A DNA stretch of 64,000 bases, from IMG/VR virus record IMGVR_UViG_3300032893_000735, positions 32,001 to 96,000 of that record; one strand, written 5' to 3'. The stretch comes from a virus. The position numbers were made by a program, and so were the translations under genes. Positions 26,765-36,697 of the stretch are shown in pieces (within the stretch, counting starts at the first letter, position 1; every line of letters begins with the position of its first letter). The notes beneath the pieces are model-generated. The model had not been told where the DNA came from and made no database searches. It saw only the letters and a list, made by a program, of their open reading frames with translations.

Positions 26765-27256
26765 ATGGCACAGCAACCAAATTGGAAGAGCATCGGCACG
26801 GTCGGAGATGTTAACCCGTTGGACTATGACGGCGGATACGTATATGAGGATACGACTGGCGTCTATCCTGCCGAATTGGAATATGTCCGGAATGTATCGG
26901 GCACAGAAGACGAAAACGGACCGTGGGAAGTCTATCGCTGGCCATTGGACCGCTACGAAATGGTCGACGCGGGCGGTGATACGCTGCTAGTGCCGTTTGG
27001 GTTTGGCTCTCGTTCAGATCTTCCTCATCCGCTGGCCAATTACGACGCGTGGTTTAATGACGACATTTCGCAAGTAGCATCCTATGTTGGATCCAACGTT
27101 GCGGAGATGCGTGCTTCGCTGTGCTCCGACAATCCGATGGAGCGGGCCTGGGTATATTTGGACCTTGCGACCTGCCACGGTTTCGAGAATTTCGACTCTT
27201 ACCCTCTTGACTACTCGGACCGCGAAGAACTGGAGAAGCGGTACGCAACGTTATAG
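26765..27256 (+). CDS. Early hypothetical protein
   Basis: AAGGAG RBS, first gene after the promoter at 26707. Confidence 0.65.
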   Translation: MAQQPNWKSIGTVGDVNPLDYDGGYVYEDTTGVYPAELEYVRNVSGTEDENGPWEVYRWPLDRYEMVDAGGDTLLVPFGFGSRSDLPHPLANYDAWFNDDISQVASYVGSNVAEMRASLCSDNPMERAWVYLDLATCHGFENFDSYPLDYSDREELEKRYATL

Positions 27257-27720
27257 AATCCGTCCAGATAATGGACAACTTACAGCGTAACCCATCCGCT
27301 ATATGATGGGCGGGGAGTTGAGACAATGCCTGATTTTTCTATCGGATGTTTGCTGGTTATTCTCGGCGTAGTGTTGTGTTTAGTGGCGCAGTTTCTCGCC
27401 GAATGGATCAATGATTAGCGTCCATTTTTCAGACAACACCCTAGGGTAAAATCGCCAGTACTGCGCTGTTTTGCCCTACTGATCTGTACTCACGGCGCAA
27501 TGGAGGAGCTAGAAAATGAATTCCTATGTGGTAATCTGCGGAAACATTGGAATGGTGTATTCCGGCGGAGTGTATCAATCCGCATTGGACGCGTTCACAG
27601 TCTACAAAAACAAGTCTATTCGGGGCGAGGGGCGCGCAAGCGGCGAAAGTGTTACCATGTTCCGGAATGGCGAAGTAATCAAGGAATTCATCGGAAGCAC
27701 GGACGAAAACGAAGACTAAT

Positions 27721-27780
27721 CGCAGAGTGGCCGTCCGGAAAATGGACGGTTAATGCGGCGGTCCCGTCACAAGCCGGGAC
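27721..27780 (+). ncRNA. Twister ribozyme, circularly permuted (P1 closed by a hairpin)
   Basis: CGCAGAGUG...UUAAUGCGGC...GUCCCGUCACAAGCCGGGAC; P2 UGCG/CGCA; pseudoknot CAC/GUG; predicted cut U27751/A27752. Confidence 0.75.
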
Positions 27781-27822
27781 AATCCAAACCGTATTCCGTG
27801 AAACTCACGGCGAAAGGGAAAC

Positions 27823-28341
27823 ATGTACGTCCCGAAGAATCTCAAGCTATGGACATTGCCGGATTCATACTTCGGCGAGCGCTGGACGGATTATTACGTG
27901 GTAATCGGTGCTCACCGGGACAGCGACACAATTTCTCGGTGCAACTTCGATTGCATCCTTGCCGACTTGGAAAAACTGGAATCTGAAACGTGCAAGGAAT
28001 GGGACAATGGGACGGATGACGAATCCGCCTTGCAGCACGTCACAGAGAATCATTGGGCCGTTGGATGGGTCGAATGGATCGGAATTCACAAGAATGCGCC
28101 CGATGAATTGTTGCGGCGAGCCGATGAAATAATTGGCGAGCTGGAAGATTATCCGGTGTACAACGATGACAAGCTGTCAGAATTCGAAGATGAACAGGCT
28201 TGTGAAGCTTGGAAGTCTTACAGCTTGCGGGACCGAATCGAACTATGTGCGGAGTATGGAGTCTCGATTTTCGCCGCGCGGCGCGACTATCCGCCGTATG
28301 ACGATCAAGGCGGAATTCAGCAAACCTTACTAGGCTACTAA
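27823..28341 (+). CDS. Early hypothetical protein
   Basis: HWAVGWVEWIGIH...LEDYPVYNDD; RBS present. Confidence 0.65.
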   Translation: MYVPKNLKLWTLPDSYFGERWTDYYVVIGAHRDSDTISRCNFDCILADLEKLESETCKEWDNGTDDESALQHVTENHWAVGWVEWIGIHKNAPDELLRRADEIIGELEDYPVYNDDKLSEFEDEQACEAWKSYSLRDRIELCAEYGVSIFAARRDYPPYDDQGGIQQTLLGY

Positions 28342-28801
28342 TCCCATTTTCCGGACAAAACAATGAAACCAAATAATTGGATCAATCCTCGGGACGATTA
28401 CGCGATCTGTAGAGCAAAACAGGTCGTCGGGTACCGGACCGGCTCCGCCCTGCAATCACACATTAACACTTGTCACGGCGGGCAAGTTTCCGATACTTGC
28501 CCCGCGTGCAAAGAGATTCAGCGCAAGATGGAGGCAGCAAAGTGACCATTCAGCAAGCCGCATGGCAAAAAAGAAGCGACGTTGTCGATGTAGACTGGAA
28601 GGAATTGTGGGAGCGGTACGACTACCCGCATGCTACGATTCTCGGAGGCTGCCAGAACGTCTCGCACCGCACGGCGCAACCGTTCTGGAGCACACTCAAA
28701 CGGGCGGCGGTTTTGACCGTGCTGTTTACGGCAGTGTTCGCCATTTTCACCGCAATTGTGTTTTAGTCCATTTTCTGGAAAGTTTTCCACAATTTTCAGG
28801 C

Positions 28802-28830
28802 TTGACACGGAAAACAATAACAACTAATCT
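28802..28830 (+). promoter_or_regulatory. Early sigma70 promoter preceded by TTTTCCACA
   Basis: TTGACA-17-TAATCT. Confidence 0.7.
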
Positions 28831-29360
28831 TGAATCATTGGAGGGCAAGACATGGTCCTCGACCCGCGTTACAAAGCAATGGAGAACCCTACTATCCTAC
28901 TCATGCACGCTATTGGATGGCAGGGCGGAACGGTTCACCAAGTGGCGGAACATACAGGCTTGCCCGTGCCCGATATTCTTTCCTTACACAAGCATGAGCC
29001 GTATTCCGGCTTGAATTCTTCGGCGTGCTCCGGGTGGACCAGTGTAAGAACGTGTTCTCTCGAATGGAACCAGGAACGGATCTTCCCGAAGTACCACGGC
29101 AACATTGACTTTTGGTCCGGGGTTTTACAGGCTCAGTTCAGCATCGAGGTAATGGGCCTATCCTAACGGCACAATCCGAAAAATGGACAACTCACGGGGG
29201 GAAGGTGTACCATGAAAACAATTTTCTGGGATGTGTTTCATAATGGGCGCAAGATTGACAGCGTACCATATTCGGCGGACTGTGATAAGGAATATGTGCG
29301 CCGCTCACTGATTGAACACGACGGGTATAACCCCGACATCCTTGTCCGCAAGGCGCGATA

Positions 29361-29696
29361 ATGCGAATGTGGATGGTCGAACCCCGGCTAATGTGTCGCA
29401 AGCATCTGTTAGGTGAGCACGTAGAGCTGCACATGCTAGTCGGGAGCCTTCAGCGCGGAAAGTCAATAGCAGGTTTCTTGTCTAGGGGCCTGCTAGAACC
29501 TCAACACATACGAGAGCGTCACGCGATTTTAGTTGCGGAAATGGAACGGCGGGGATACTCTCATAACAGTGCACTCGCGGAATACGAAACCGATATAACC
29601 GGCAAGGTGGACAGACAAAAGTCATTGCAGGATCTTTCGGGAAGGTGTATCGAGTGTGCGGAACGGATCAAAGAACAAGGAGGCGCGGAAAAATGA
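29361..29696 (+). CDS. Pyrimidine-dimer DNA glycosylase/endonuclease V-like protein
   Basis: MRMWMV.P..MCRKHLLGEHVELH...RHAILVAEMERRGYSH.S. Confidence 0.8.
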   Translation: MRMWMVEPRLMCRKHLLGEHVELHMLVGSLQRGKSIAGFLSRGLLEPQHIRERHAILVAEMERRGYSHNSALAEYETDITGKVDRQKSLQDLSGRCIECAERIKEQGGAEK

Positions 29697-29887
29697 TTTT
29701 CAGGACAAGGAAAGACGCGAAGTCGTGGGCGAAAGCGAATCTCCGAGGAAAATACTATCGCCTTGTGACATCTTACGTAAACGCAGAGCGCGGCTATGAG
29801 ACGAAAATCGCTCTCCAGTCCCGCCCATTTAGCCGAATGAATGATCCGAAAGTTTACGCCTAACCGCTTAGCCGGAGCGTTATCCGG

Positions 29888-29943
29888 CCCCTCTACCGGG
29901 TTTAACGGTCCCGGCACTGATGAGCGCGAAAGGCGCGAAAGGG
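29888..29943 (+). ncRNA. Type III hammerhead ribozyme
   Basis: CUGAUGA-GCGC GAAAG GCGC-GAAA core; stem I UACCGGG/CCCGGCA; stem III CCCU/AGGG; CUC cleavage after 29893. Confidence 0.8.
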
Positions 29944-29958
29944 AGAATCCAAAAAAAA

Positions 29959-30786
29959 ATGGACAGAACGACGAATCGAGTGGACGTACCGAAACGGGTT
30001 TTAGATCGCGTCTACGCATCGAAACCTGAAGACTGGAAACAGCACGAAAACGGCGGCGGATGGGTGCATAAAACCGCTTATGTTGAAAAATCGGCTTATT
30101 TGCATCCTACGTCGATTGTGTCCGGCGATGCTCGGGTGTACGGCAATGCTCGGGTGTACGGCGATGCTTGGGTGTCCGGCAATGCTTGGGTGTACGGCAA
30201 TGCTCGGGTGTACGGCGATGCTTGGGTGTCCGGCAATGCTCGGGTGTCCGGCAATGCTTGGGTGTCCGGCGATGCTCGGGTGTCCGGCGATGCTCGGGTG
30301 TCCGGCGATGCTTGGGTGTCCGGCAATGCTCGGGTGTCCGGCAATGCTCAGGTGTCCGGCGATGCTTGGGTGTCCGGCAATGCTCGGGTGTACGGCAATG
30401 CTCAGGTGTCCGGCAATGCTCAGGTGTCCGGCGATGCTTGGGTGTCCGGCAATGCTCGGGTGTACGGCAATGCTCAGGTGTCCGGCGATGCTCGGGTGTA
30501 CGGCAATGCTCGGGTGTCCGGCGATGCTCGGGTGTCCGGCGATGCTTGGGTATTTTCGCCCCTCTACATCCAAGGCACAATGCACTCGCTCACCTTGTGC
30601 AGTTTTACGCAAATTGCTGTAGGGTGCCACGTCCATGATATAACCTATTGGATGAAGCATTACAAGGCAATAGGGCGGACCGAGGGGTACACGAAAGAAC
30701 AGGTAAGCGAGTACAAACGACATTTGGATTATTTGGCCGCAGAGTCTGAGCGGCTACTGGCTGCAAAAATCGAAACGAAGGAATAA
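29959..30786 (+). CDS. Hexapeptide-repeat (left-handed beta-helix-like) protein
   Basis: About 24 repeats of V(S/Y)G(D/N)A(R/W/Q); start moved to the ATG after GGGAG. Confidence 0.75.
   Translation: MDRTTNRVDVPKRVLDRVYASKPEDWKQHENGGGWVHKTAYVEKSAYLHPTSIVSGDARVYGNARVYGDAWVSGNAWVYGNARVYGDAWVSGNARVSGNAWVSGDARVSGDARVSGDAWVSGNARVSGNAQVSGDAWVSGNARVYGNAQVSGNAQVSGDAWVSGNARVYGNAQVSGDARVYGNARVSGDARVSGDAWVFSPLYIQGTMHSLTLCSFTQIAVGCHVHDITYWMKHYKAIGRTEGYTKEQVSEYKRHLDYLAAESERLLAAKIETKE
30118..30552 (+). repeat. 18-bp coding tandem repeat, about 24 units
   Basis: GTGT(C/A)CGGC(G/A)ATGCT(CGG/TGG/CAG). Confidence 0.95.
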
Positions 30787-30877
30787 CCAACCGCCCGCCG
30801 GAGCGTATCCGGTAGGCTCTACAGGCAAGCCGTCACGGGGCAGAGCTGAGCATCTACTAATTGCCTAAAGGAGAACC

Positions 30878-31405
30878 ATGAGTAAGTACACGGAACAGGC
30901 GGAAAAGTTTCTCAAGGACCACGGCCTGACATTCACGGCGCAGCTTATCGGGTCTGATTGCCCGAAGTTTTGCGAAGATGCAGCCAAAATGCGGGAAATG
31001 GACAACCACGAATTCCTATCAGAAGTAAACGAAGCGGGCGAAAGTTTTGCAGAATCCGCCCAAGAAATGTTAGACGCACTCCGCGCGGCGCAAGAATCCG
31101 AGGACAATGAGGCTGAGGATGAAGCGCGGCGGACAATTGACGCGCACCCGCTTTCGGTCCAGGTTCGTGGCGGATGGCATACTCCGGGTTGCGGCGGCAG
31201 AGTGGCGGAGGAATTCGAGATTCTGCTAGGCACCGGTGGCCCCGCATCCAGGATCATCGGGGAACTGAACGAATACGCCGAACCCGATTCGGCGCGGTTT
31301 GAATATCAGGATTGGTTTAAGCCGTGGACTCCAGCGCTCAACTTGTCTGAAGATCAGAATGAAGCGATCCTAGAATTTGCCCGCCAGTTCTATTACGGCG
31401 AATAA
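30878..31405 (+). CDS. Early hypothetical protein
   Basis: AAGGAG RBS; ILLGTGGPA..I.G..QDW. Confidence 0.6.
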   Translation: MSKYTEQAEKFLKDHGLTFTAQLIGSDCPKFCEDAAKMREMDNHEFLSEVNEAGESFAESAQEMLDALRAAQESEDNEAEDEARRTIDAHPLSVQVRGGWHTPGCGGRVAEEFEILLGTGGPASRIIGELNEYAEPDSARFEYQDWFKPWTPALNLSEDQNEAILEFARQFYYGE

Positions 31406-31622
31406 CTCACGGCGCAACCGGCCCGCCCATCGGCCTAAAGGTGGGGCAGAGAATCAGGAAAGGGGAGTAAAAAAAAAGATGGCATACCCAACTCTTGAGC
31501 AATTTGAGCAAGCCCGCCGCGAACTAAGGCGTGCGGATAACACCGAACTGGAACAGAAAAAGCCAAAGAGCAACGAGTAACAGTCCAGAAAATGGACGAC
31601 AGAGTTTTCCACAGCTTTCGGC

Positions 31623-31651
31623 TTGACAAAAACAACCAAACGAAGTAGTTT
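31623..31651 (+). promoter_or_regulatory. Early sigma70 promoter preceded by TTTTCCACA
   Basis: TTGACA-17-TAGTTT. Confidence 0.65.
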
Positions 31652-32675
31652 TGATTGAAAAGGAGAAACTATGTCACCAGCAACGAAAGGCCAGATCACC
31701 AAGGCGCGGAAGATCGAGGACAGCCGCGCACGTTTTAACGCCGTCCGGGCGGTGTTTGCCAAGTCGATGCCCGCCGAACAAGCAAAGCACGCGGCGCGAA
31801 AGGCACTCGTAACGTCCAAGTAATGGACACGGCAGACTTGCTCTGCCCAGATAGCTAACCCCGATTATCTGGAGAGGGCAAGAACCGAAATAGGGAGAAT
31901 TTGTGATTGAAACCACAATCAAGTGTGACGTGTGCGGGGCTGTCAAGGGCCAAACCAACCATTGGTTCGACTTGTGGCGGAGCGACGAAGGTTGTATCAT
32001 CGTGGCCCCATCAAAACCTGACGTAACCGCCAGTCAAGTATGCGGGAAGAAATGCCTGCATGTTCTGATCGACAAATTACTGGAGGGGAAATGAACATCC
32101 TAGTCGAACCCCAAGGTGAGGGCGACGTAGTGGCAGGAATGGTTAACGGTGTTATCCTGTCTGTCCCGTTTTGGGCAATTGTACTAGTCGTGATGTGGCT
32201 GAAGGGGTGCTTGTGAGGAAACCAATTGCAACTTTGGAGATCACTGCGGGGTCCCTCCTTCGCGGAGAAATTCGCAGAGAACTTGACAAAATTGTCTATC
32301 GACACCCTGAGATTTCTTACCGTGAGTTTAAGGGATTTCTTTCTAGTGATTTCATCATACGTGGCCCTTTGGCGCATGTAGGCAGGATCAAGAGGTGGCT
32401 GGAGGAGGTAGGCAATTGACCGACCTCACGGCGAGATCAACCCGGCTACGATTCACAACCAGCTCCGAGGTTCGGGAGGCGGGCAAGCATCGGAGAGTAG
32501 TCTGCGAAGCGCGACCACAATACCTGATTGTCAAGGCATCCGGCCTGCATTCGTGTTATAGTATCCCTTGGGATGCTATCTGGAGCCTAGCAGTTAAACA
32601 AGATGTCGCGGCTAAGAAGGCCGCGAAGAAGGCGAAGAAGGAACCGTCCAAATAATGGACGAGAAAGCAGGATCA

Positions 32676-33818
32676 ATGAAAGGCTTCAAGGGTTTTGACA
32701 AGGATCTGAAGTGCCGAGGTTTCCAATACGAACTTGGCAAAACATTCGCCCACGAAGGAACCGTAGACCTTTGTTCGCCCGGCTTCCATTTCTGCGAAAA
32801 CCCGCTTGACGTGCTCTCTTATTACGGGGTGGCAAACGGAAATCGTTTCGCGGAAGTAGAGGTCGATGGAGTAACTGACCAGAAGGAAAACGATTCAAAA
32901 CGGGTCTGTTCTTCTCTTGCCATCGGTGCAGAAATTTCCCTCAAGAATCTAGTCGATCATTCGATTAAATTCATCTTCAACAAAACCACAAACCCCACCA
33001 GTGGCGACTACGCGCACTCGGCCACCAGCGGCGACTACGCGCACTCGGCCACCAGCGGCAACAACGCGCACTCGGCCACCAGTGGCGACTGCGCGCCCTC
33101 GGCCACCAGTGGCGACTGCGCGCGCTCGGCCACCAGCGGCAACAACGCGCATTCGGCCACCAGCGGCGACTACGCGCACTCGGCCACCAGCGGCGTCTAC
33201 GCGCACTCGGCCACCAGCGGCAACTACGCGCACTCGGCCACCAGCGGCAACTACGCGCACTCGGCCACCAGCGGCGACTACGCGCACTCGGCCACCAGCG
33301 GCAACAACGCGCACTCGGCCACCAGCGGCGTCTACGCGCACTCGGCCACCAGCGGCATCTACGCGCGCTCGGCCACCAGCGGCAACTACGCGCACTCGGC
33401 CACCAGCGGCGACTACGCGCACTCGGCCACCAGCGGCAACAACGCGCATTCGGCCACCAGCGGCGACTACGCGCACTCGGCCACCAGCGGCAACAACGCG
33501 CACTCGGCCACCAGCGGCATCTACGCGCGCTCGGCCACCAGCGGCAACTACGCGCACTCGGCCACCAGCGGCGACTACGCGCATTCGGCCACCAGCGGCG
33601 ACTACGCGCGCTCGTCTGCTATGGGGGGAAATTCAATAGCCGCCGCTATTGGTAGAAACGGCGCAGCAAAGGCATCCGTAGGAAACTGGATCGTTCTGGC
33701 GGAATACAAGGACAACGGAGAGATTGTATCCGTGAAAATGGCAAAAGTGGACGGCGAGAAGATCAAGGCCGACACTTTTTACCAACTCAAAAACGGGGAG
33801 TTTACGGAAGCTGAATGA
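32676..33818 (+). CDS. Phage protein (DUF7666-like) with nonapeptide repeats
   Basis: KGFDKDLKCRGFQYE.G..GFHFCENPLDV..YY; SATSGDYAH x23; C-terminal VDGEKIKADTFY. Confidence 0.75.
   Translation: MKGFKGFDKDLKCRGFQYELGKTFAHEGTVDLCSPGFHFCENPLDVLSYYGVANGNRFAEVEVDGVTDQKENDSKRVCSSLAIGAEISLKNLVDHSIKFIFNKTTNPTSGDYAHSATSGDYAHSATSGNNAHSATSGDCAPSATSGDCARSATSGNNAHSATSGDYAHSATSGVYAHSATSGNYAHSATSGNYAHSATSGDYAHSATSGNNAHSATSGVYAHSATSGIYARSATSGNYAHSATSGDYAHSATSGNNAHSATSGDYAHSATSGNNAHSATSGIYARSATSGNYAHSATSGDYAHSATSGDYARSSAMGGNSIAAAIGRNGAAKASVGNWIVLAEYKDNGEIVSVKMAKVDGEKIKADTFYQLKNGEFTEAE
32995..33612 (+). repeat. 27-bp coding tandem repeat, about 23 units
   Basis: TCGGCCACCAGCGGC-(G/A)(A/T)C-(T/A)(A/G)C-GCGCAC. 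Confidence 0.95.
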
Positions 33819-34906
33819 CCAATCTAACCAAACGCGGAAACGTGTACCATTATCAATCCACAGTCGGCGGGAATCGCCTTCGCTGTTCGTTGGGCGTCTC
33901 TGACCCGAAGTCCGCGTCTCGGCTGGAGAACCGCGTCACCTTTGCTCTGGCGGACGGGCCAAAGTCCGCTATCTGGCCCGAACTGAAAGCGGCGCTCCCG
34001 AAGACCGGTTTTGATATTTTAACCAAAAACTTGAACCTTCCGGCGGATTCTCCTGACCTGCTAGAGTTTGAGCAATCGTTTTTAAAGGATCTGTCCCGCC
34101 GAGCGGACCTAAGCGACATCGCCGCTTCCACGGCAGAAATGTATGGGCGGATTTGCGGTACTTTTTTTGATCGGATGGTCGAGATTGGCGTCCAGAAAAT
34201 TGACGAACTCACGGCGCAAACGATGGCCGATTACTTTGTCTGGCGGAAGAAATCTATACTGGCCAAAAACCCGGACAAAGGTGCTAGGGGTCTCGAAACC
34301 GAAAGCCGCATCTTGAAAGAGATGTTCAACTTCGCGGAGAAATCCGGCCTACCAGCACCCCAGTTTGACCCGTACAAGTCGCCGGTCGCGGCGGACGAAC
34401 CTGATCCGTTTTCGGCGGACGATCTGGAAAAAATGAATAGTGTAGCCGAAGAAACCGAACGACTTGTCTACTTGATTTTCCGATGGACAGGTCTTCGCCG
34501 GTCGGACGTAGCGGATCTAACCTGGGGCGCAATCGAATGGGGGAAGTCGGTTCTGTCCTGTGTTACCAAGAAGCGGAAAGTGATGGTTCATGTTCCGATG
34601 GCTCCAGTTTTGGTCGATGCGCTAAAGGATGTGTACTCGGGTCAACCCGCGTCCGAAAATATTTTGGTCGGACTCACCAAAAACATGCTATACTCAATCA
34701 TCAAGGGTTTGGGGGAGAAGGCTGGAGTTGAGAACTGCCACCCCCATAGGTTCCGCCACACGTTCGCTATTAACATTTTGGAGCGCGGCGGATCGATCTA
34801 TGACGTGGCTAAGATCCTGGGCAACCAAACCAGCACCGTAGAGAAATACTACGGGAAATTCACTGATCAGGCGCAGGAACGAGTACGGACAATGTTGTCC
34901 AAATAA
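33815..34906 (+). CDS. Tyrosine recombinase/integrase
   Basis: TGLRRSDV, HPHRFRHTFA, LGN..T..YY. Confidence 0.9.
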   Translation: MTNLTKRGNVYHYQSTVGGNRLRCSLGVSDPKSASRLENRVTFALADGPKSAIWPELKAALPKTGFDILTKNLNLPADSPDLLEFEQSFLKDLSRRADLSDIAASTAEMYGRICGTFFDRMVEIGVQKIDELTAQTMADYFVWRKKSILAKNPDKGARGLETESRILKEMFNFAEKSGLPAPQFDPYKSPVAADEPDPFSADDLEKMNSVAEETERLVYLIFRWTGLRRSDVADLTWGAIEWGKSVLSCVTKKRKVMVHVPMAPVLVDALKDVYSGQPASENILVGLTKNMLYSIIKGLGEKAGVENCHPHRFRHTFAINILERGGSIYDVAKILGNQTSTVEKYYGKFTDQAQERVRTMLSK

Positions 34907-36697
34907 TGGACGAGGAGGAACAATGGCTGATTTATCTGGTTTGAAGGTCGGGGACCCTGTAGTAATCTGCACGGCTGGGTATGGAGATGCGCCCGACAAG
35001 ATGGAACGTTCCGAGGTAGTCGAGGTCACAAAAGGCGGAAACTACAAACTCAAGGGAAGCACGGCAGTTTGGAATACTAAAGGAAACTATCGAGGTCAAG
35101 ATCCTTACAGTAGGATGTATTTCGACAGGTTCAACCAAGAGATCTGGGACGGAAACGTTAAACAATGGCGGGAAGTAAGAGACCGTTTTCGTCTCAAGAA
35201 TCTCGATTTTGGAAAGCTACCCATTGAGACCGTTCGCAAAATGTTGAAGGTTCTCGGAGAGGAGAGTTTATGAGTGATTTGAACTGGAAGCAACGGCTCG
35301 GCTTAATCGCGGGCCTGATTATTTTCTTCCTGTTTTTCGCAACGGTATTCATCGACCTAACCTGCGGCGGGTTGTTTTAACAGAACGGGGGTAAAATGCA
35401 CATCGAATTATCCAAAGCGTATTTGTGTCTGGACTGCGACTGTATTGGGGATAACTCACGGCAGTGCGCGGCCTGTGGGAGTCATTCGATTATCAGCATG
35501 AAGGTTGTGGCTAAGGCAGAGAAAGCATCCAAATGAAACACTACAGTCTGATTGACGAGATCGTCATTGTATTTGGAGTAGTCGGGCTGGTTCTGTACCT
35601 GACGAAGTAACGACAACGCTGGCACAACGGTATCAGCCCAAGGAGGGCAAAAATGTACGACCCGATGAGTGAACCTAACTGTCAGGACTACCAACGCGCC
35701 TACGGAGACGAGACGGTTCGCGTTGAGTGCTCCCAGTGTTGCTACGCGGTTTCCGGCACGGACATCATGTCCCTCGAAGCCAAGGTTGATAGACATGAGC
35801 GAGAGCAACACCCGCCGCACGTTGAGCGGTAACGTCGCGATGTCCACAACGAACATGAGCGTAAAAGATAAAAGGAGTCCAAAAAATGGACAACGAATCC
35901 GTGTTTGTAAGCATGGTCTGCGATCAAGTAGCCAAGATCGAGAAGAATATGAGGGAGATGCGGGCCTTCTATATCTTCTCAGACACCCGACCCGGAACCG
36001 ACACCGAACGTCTGACTAAAGACGCCGATGATTGGGTAGCGTATCAGAAACTATTCCAGTTTTAGGAGGAGAGATGACTGTAAACAACAAGAAATTCCCG
36101 ACAAGATGGGAACCGACCGGCTACGTCTTTGAAGACCCGCCAAAGAAGGATCTCAGTGGGCAGAGGTTCATCCTCGCCACTTTCATCGGGTTCTTCGTGG
36201 GGTTGTTTTTGGCGATTGTTGCCGACCCTGCGGCTTTTCTGCTTGGGTGGGTGATTTCTACGGGAGTAGTTTACGCGGCGCTCAGTTCGTAGGAGGATGA
36301 AGGATGATCTACGAGGAGACATTCTTCGACTTACTCAAAAGTCCGGGGCATTGGCTGTTTGAATTGTTTTTGATGGCCGTGTTTGATGGTATAATCGGAG
36401 CGTTGCTCTGGCCGTTTGTTCGGAAACACTGGGCGCATCATTTGGACAGAGACAGAAAAGAAGGGTTGTCCAAATAATGGACGAGGAGGTGTCATGAGTA
36501 TTACTCACATTTTAGCTAGGATCGCGCTCTACAGTGCGGGATGGTTCCTGACCGCCACGACTTTCATTAACCTCTTCCGTTGGGCCGAAAAACAACGAAC
36601 GAATCAGAAAGTGGACTGCCGGTTTGAAGGGGTTGTAGTGGCTACTTTCATCTGGGCGGTTTTGCTCGGGATTATTTACTGGTAGATAAGGCGGGGT

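Noticed and set aside
30878-31405. Gene fusion at a half copy of the 15-bp motif (AAATGGAC near 30996)
   Set aside because: Only half the motif is present and there is no comparator sequence; cannot be supported
30118-33612. CRISPR array
   Set aside because: Units are contiguous with no unique spacers, and no cas operon is present
30001-33639. Alternative-frame and antisense repeat ORFs (e.g. 30001..30723, 30080..30622, 32949..33584, 33001..33639)
   Set aside because: By-products of stop-free tandem repeats; only one frame has an RBS and sensible non-repeat flanks
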